From assembly GCA_963821905.1 (NCBI GenBank), contig CAWGFP010000003.1, forward strand, positions 683-64,682: a stretch of DNA of 64,000 nt, in the 5' to 3' direction. Below are positions 62,160-64,000 of the stretch, piece by piece. The stretch's first letter is position 1. The number at the start of each line of letters is the position of its first letter. The DNA comes from Thermoanaerobaculia bacterium (lineage in GTDB: Bacteria > Acidobacteriota > Thermoanaerobaculia > Multivoradales > JAGPDF01). Position numbers and translations under genes: made by a program. Below the pieces are notes generated by a model. It was not told the origin of the DNA and searched no databases. It worked only from the letters and a program-made list of their open reading frames with translations.

Positions 62160-63146
62160 ATGACCGACCACGAGTACCAGTTCGGACCGCCACGCCTCGC
62201 AACCGGGCCTTGCGCTCTCGCACTTGTGGTGCTCGGCGCGTTGATCCTGTCGAGCCGCACCTCCCCGCTCGCGGCCCAGAGCATCGAGCCGCGCAACTAC
62301 TCGAACGCTCCGGTCGGCGCGAGCTTCCTGATCGGCGGCATCGCCGCCACCGATGGCGGGCTGGCGATCGATCCGGCAGTGCCTCTGACCGAGCCCGAGC
62401 TTCGCACCTGGAGCGGCGTCGTCGGCTACGCGCGCTTCATCGACTTCTGGGGAAAGTCGGCGAAGTTCGACGTCATCGTGCCCTACACGTTTCTCTCCGG
62501 GAACGCCCTCTTCGACGGCGCGCCGGTCGAGCGCGAGATCAGCGGCATCAACGATCCCGCGTTCCGCCTGCTGGTCAATTTCTACGGCGCGCCGGCGCTT
62601 TCCCCGGGCGAGTTCAAGGATTACCGCCAGGACCTGATCGTCGGCGCGAGCGTGCAAGTGACGCCGCCCCTCGGCCAGTACGACGAGACGCGATTGGTGA
62701 ATATCGGCATGAACCGCTGGACCGTCAAGAGCGAGGTCGGCGTCTCCAAGACCGTGCGCGCCTGGACGATCGAGGGCTCTGCGGCCGTGACCATCTTCAC
62801 CGACAACGACGATTTCAACCGCGGCAAGCTTCGCGAGCAGGCGCCGATGTACTCCTCGCAGGGGCACGTCATCTACAACTTCCCGCGCGGCCGGTGGGCC
62901 TCGTTCGACGTCACCTATTTCGCCGGCGGCGAAACCACGATCGACGGCACCGACAAGAACGACCTGCAGAAGAACTGGCGCCTCGGCGCAACCTACGCTT
63001 TTCCAGTGAGCGTGCAGAACTCGATCAAGCTCTACGCCTCGAGCGGCGTTTCAGCGCGCACCGGCAACAGCTTCGATCTCCTGGGAATCGCCTTTCAGCA
63101 CCGCTGGAGCGGGATACCCTGGCGAACGCGCAGCGCCTCGGGGTAA
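62160..63146 (+). CDS. MetA-pathway/phenol-degradation-type outer-membrane transporter
   Basis: EPRNYSNAPVG, NFYGAPAL, PLGQYD..LVNIG.NRW, KLYASSG. Confidence 0.82.
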   Translation: MTDHEYQFGPPRLATGPCALALVVLGALILSSRTSPLAAQSIEPRNYSNAPVGASFLIGGIAATDGGLAIDPAVPLTEPELRTWSGVVGYARFIDFWGKSAKFDVIVPYTFLSGNALFDGAPVEREISGINDPAFRLLVNFYGAPALSPGEFKDYRQDLIVGASVQVTPPLGQYDETRLVNIGMNRWTVKSEVGVSKTVRAWTIEGSAAVTIFTDNDDFNRGKLREQAPMYSSQGHVIYNFPRGRWASFDVTYFAGGETTIDGTDKNDLQKNWRLGATYAFPVSVQNSIKLYASSGVSARTGNSFDLLGIAFQHRWSGIPWRTRSASG

Positions 63147-63167
63147 TCCTCGCGGCGCTTGCGGCCG

Positions 63168-64000
63168 TCAGAGCGACGCCGGATTGAGCTGCACCGTCAC
63201 CGAGATCGAACGGCCGTCGCGGATCAGATCGAAATCCACCCGTTGGCCGGCGAGCGGGGTGACGATCCCCGGCACGGCGCGTGGATCGGGGAGAGCCTGG
63301 CCGCCGATCGCCACGACCACATCGCCGACCACGATCCCCGCAGCGGCGGCCGGCGAGCCGGTCAAGACGGTTTCGACCACGATGCCGTCTCGCCGCTGGA
63401 GGCGCGCCTGCTCCTGCGCGTCGAGGGGGCGCGAGACGATGCCGAGGATCGCCGGCCGGGTCTTGCCCCAGTACGAGGCGAACTGATCGTCGGGTCCCAG
63501 GCTGCCGGTGATGAACCGCGCCGAGGCGGCGGGGGTCCCCGCGCCGACCGTCGCGCGTCGCGGCAACGGCAGGACCTCGAGTGCCATCCCGGGCGGCGGA
63601 GCGAAGTGTCCGTAGACGACGACGAGCGCAGCTCCGATCTCGCTGCCCTGCTCGATGGCCTGTTCCGGGTTCGTCGCGTTCCTCACGCTCGAGCCACCGA
63701 TCAGGACGTATTCGTTCTCCAGCAGCGTCTGAACGTCCGTCGTCATGTCGGCCGTACCGAGGTATATCTGCGGCGCCGCCGGCGGTGGCAAGAAGACTGC
63801 GCCGACGATTTCCGTGCGCTCGAAGTGATCACGATAGGGATTGCCCGTCGAAGGCCTGGACGCCTCCGACGACCCGCCCCCGGGATCGACCGCAACCATC
63901 GCCGGATTGTTCGGATCGAAGCGGACCGGGATCACGGCTCCGGGCTGGAACTGCGGAATAGCGATGCGCGAGACGGTCGTCTTGTCGATCGTAGCCTCGA
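63168..64000 (-). CDS. PDZ-domain protein (5' end outside window)
   Basis: ILGI..GIVVETVLTGSPAAAAGIVVGDVVVAIGG..LIRDG. Confidence 0.8.
   Translation of the reverse strand, partial: EATIDKTTVSRIAIPQFQPGAVIPVRFDPNNPAMVAVDPGGGSSEASRPSTGNPYRDHFERTEIVGAVFLPPPAAPQIYLGTADMTTDVQTLLENEYVLIGGSSVRNATNPEQAIEQGSEIGAALVVVYGHFAPPPGMALEVLPLPRRATVGAGTPAASARFITGSLGPDDQFASYWGKTRPAILGIVSRPLDAQEQARLQRRDGIVVETVLTGSPAAAAGIVVGDVVVAIGGQALPDPRAVPGIVTPLAGQRVDFDLIRDGRSISVTVQLNPASL

Overview
High-GC bacterial chromosomal window. The gene repertoire suggests Acidobacteriota/Thermoanaerobaculia (inference only). Patches of dense 1-nt indels look like long-read consensus errors, so many genes are reconstructed across frames. 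Layout: (1) 1-15.5 kb phosphate/polyphosphate cluster: ppk1, ppx, CHAD, sixA, orphan phoR, and porin-phoU-pstSCAB, with three Pho-box-like 11-bp-periodic repeats and no phoB. (2) 15.5-16.8 kb: Cys-rich secreted peptide + ECF sigma + Cys-rich membrane anti-sigma. (3) 17-32 kb: TPR/cNMP protein, FAD oxidoreductase, an M16 peptidase pair split by ppa, Ser/Thr kinase, metallophosphoesterase, DUF883-like genes, an HTH + nucleotidyltransferase cassette with a triple operator, and a beta-CASP RNase-YihY-HMA-YkgJ operon. (4) 32-40.7 kb: DUF3300/DUF2950, TMEM175, and an ATPase-less metal-uptake operon led by a CxxC/RGSP upstream ORF resembling CruR/CutF arrest peptides. (5) 40.7-53.6 kb: general-stress-type island with an NtrC system and several sigma54 sites, plus a NarL-type system and four copies of a bipartite promoter motif I do not recognise. 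(6) tRNA-Ala(CGC), then accessory genes: YciI, oxidoreductase, sulfatase, CPA1 antiporter, ECF/anti-sigma/S8 protease, GIY-YIG, MetA-pathway barrel, PDZ protein. I found no CRISPR array, rRNA, integrase or transposase.
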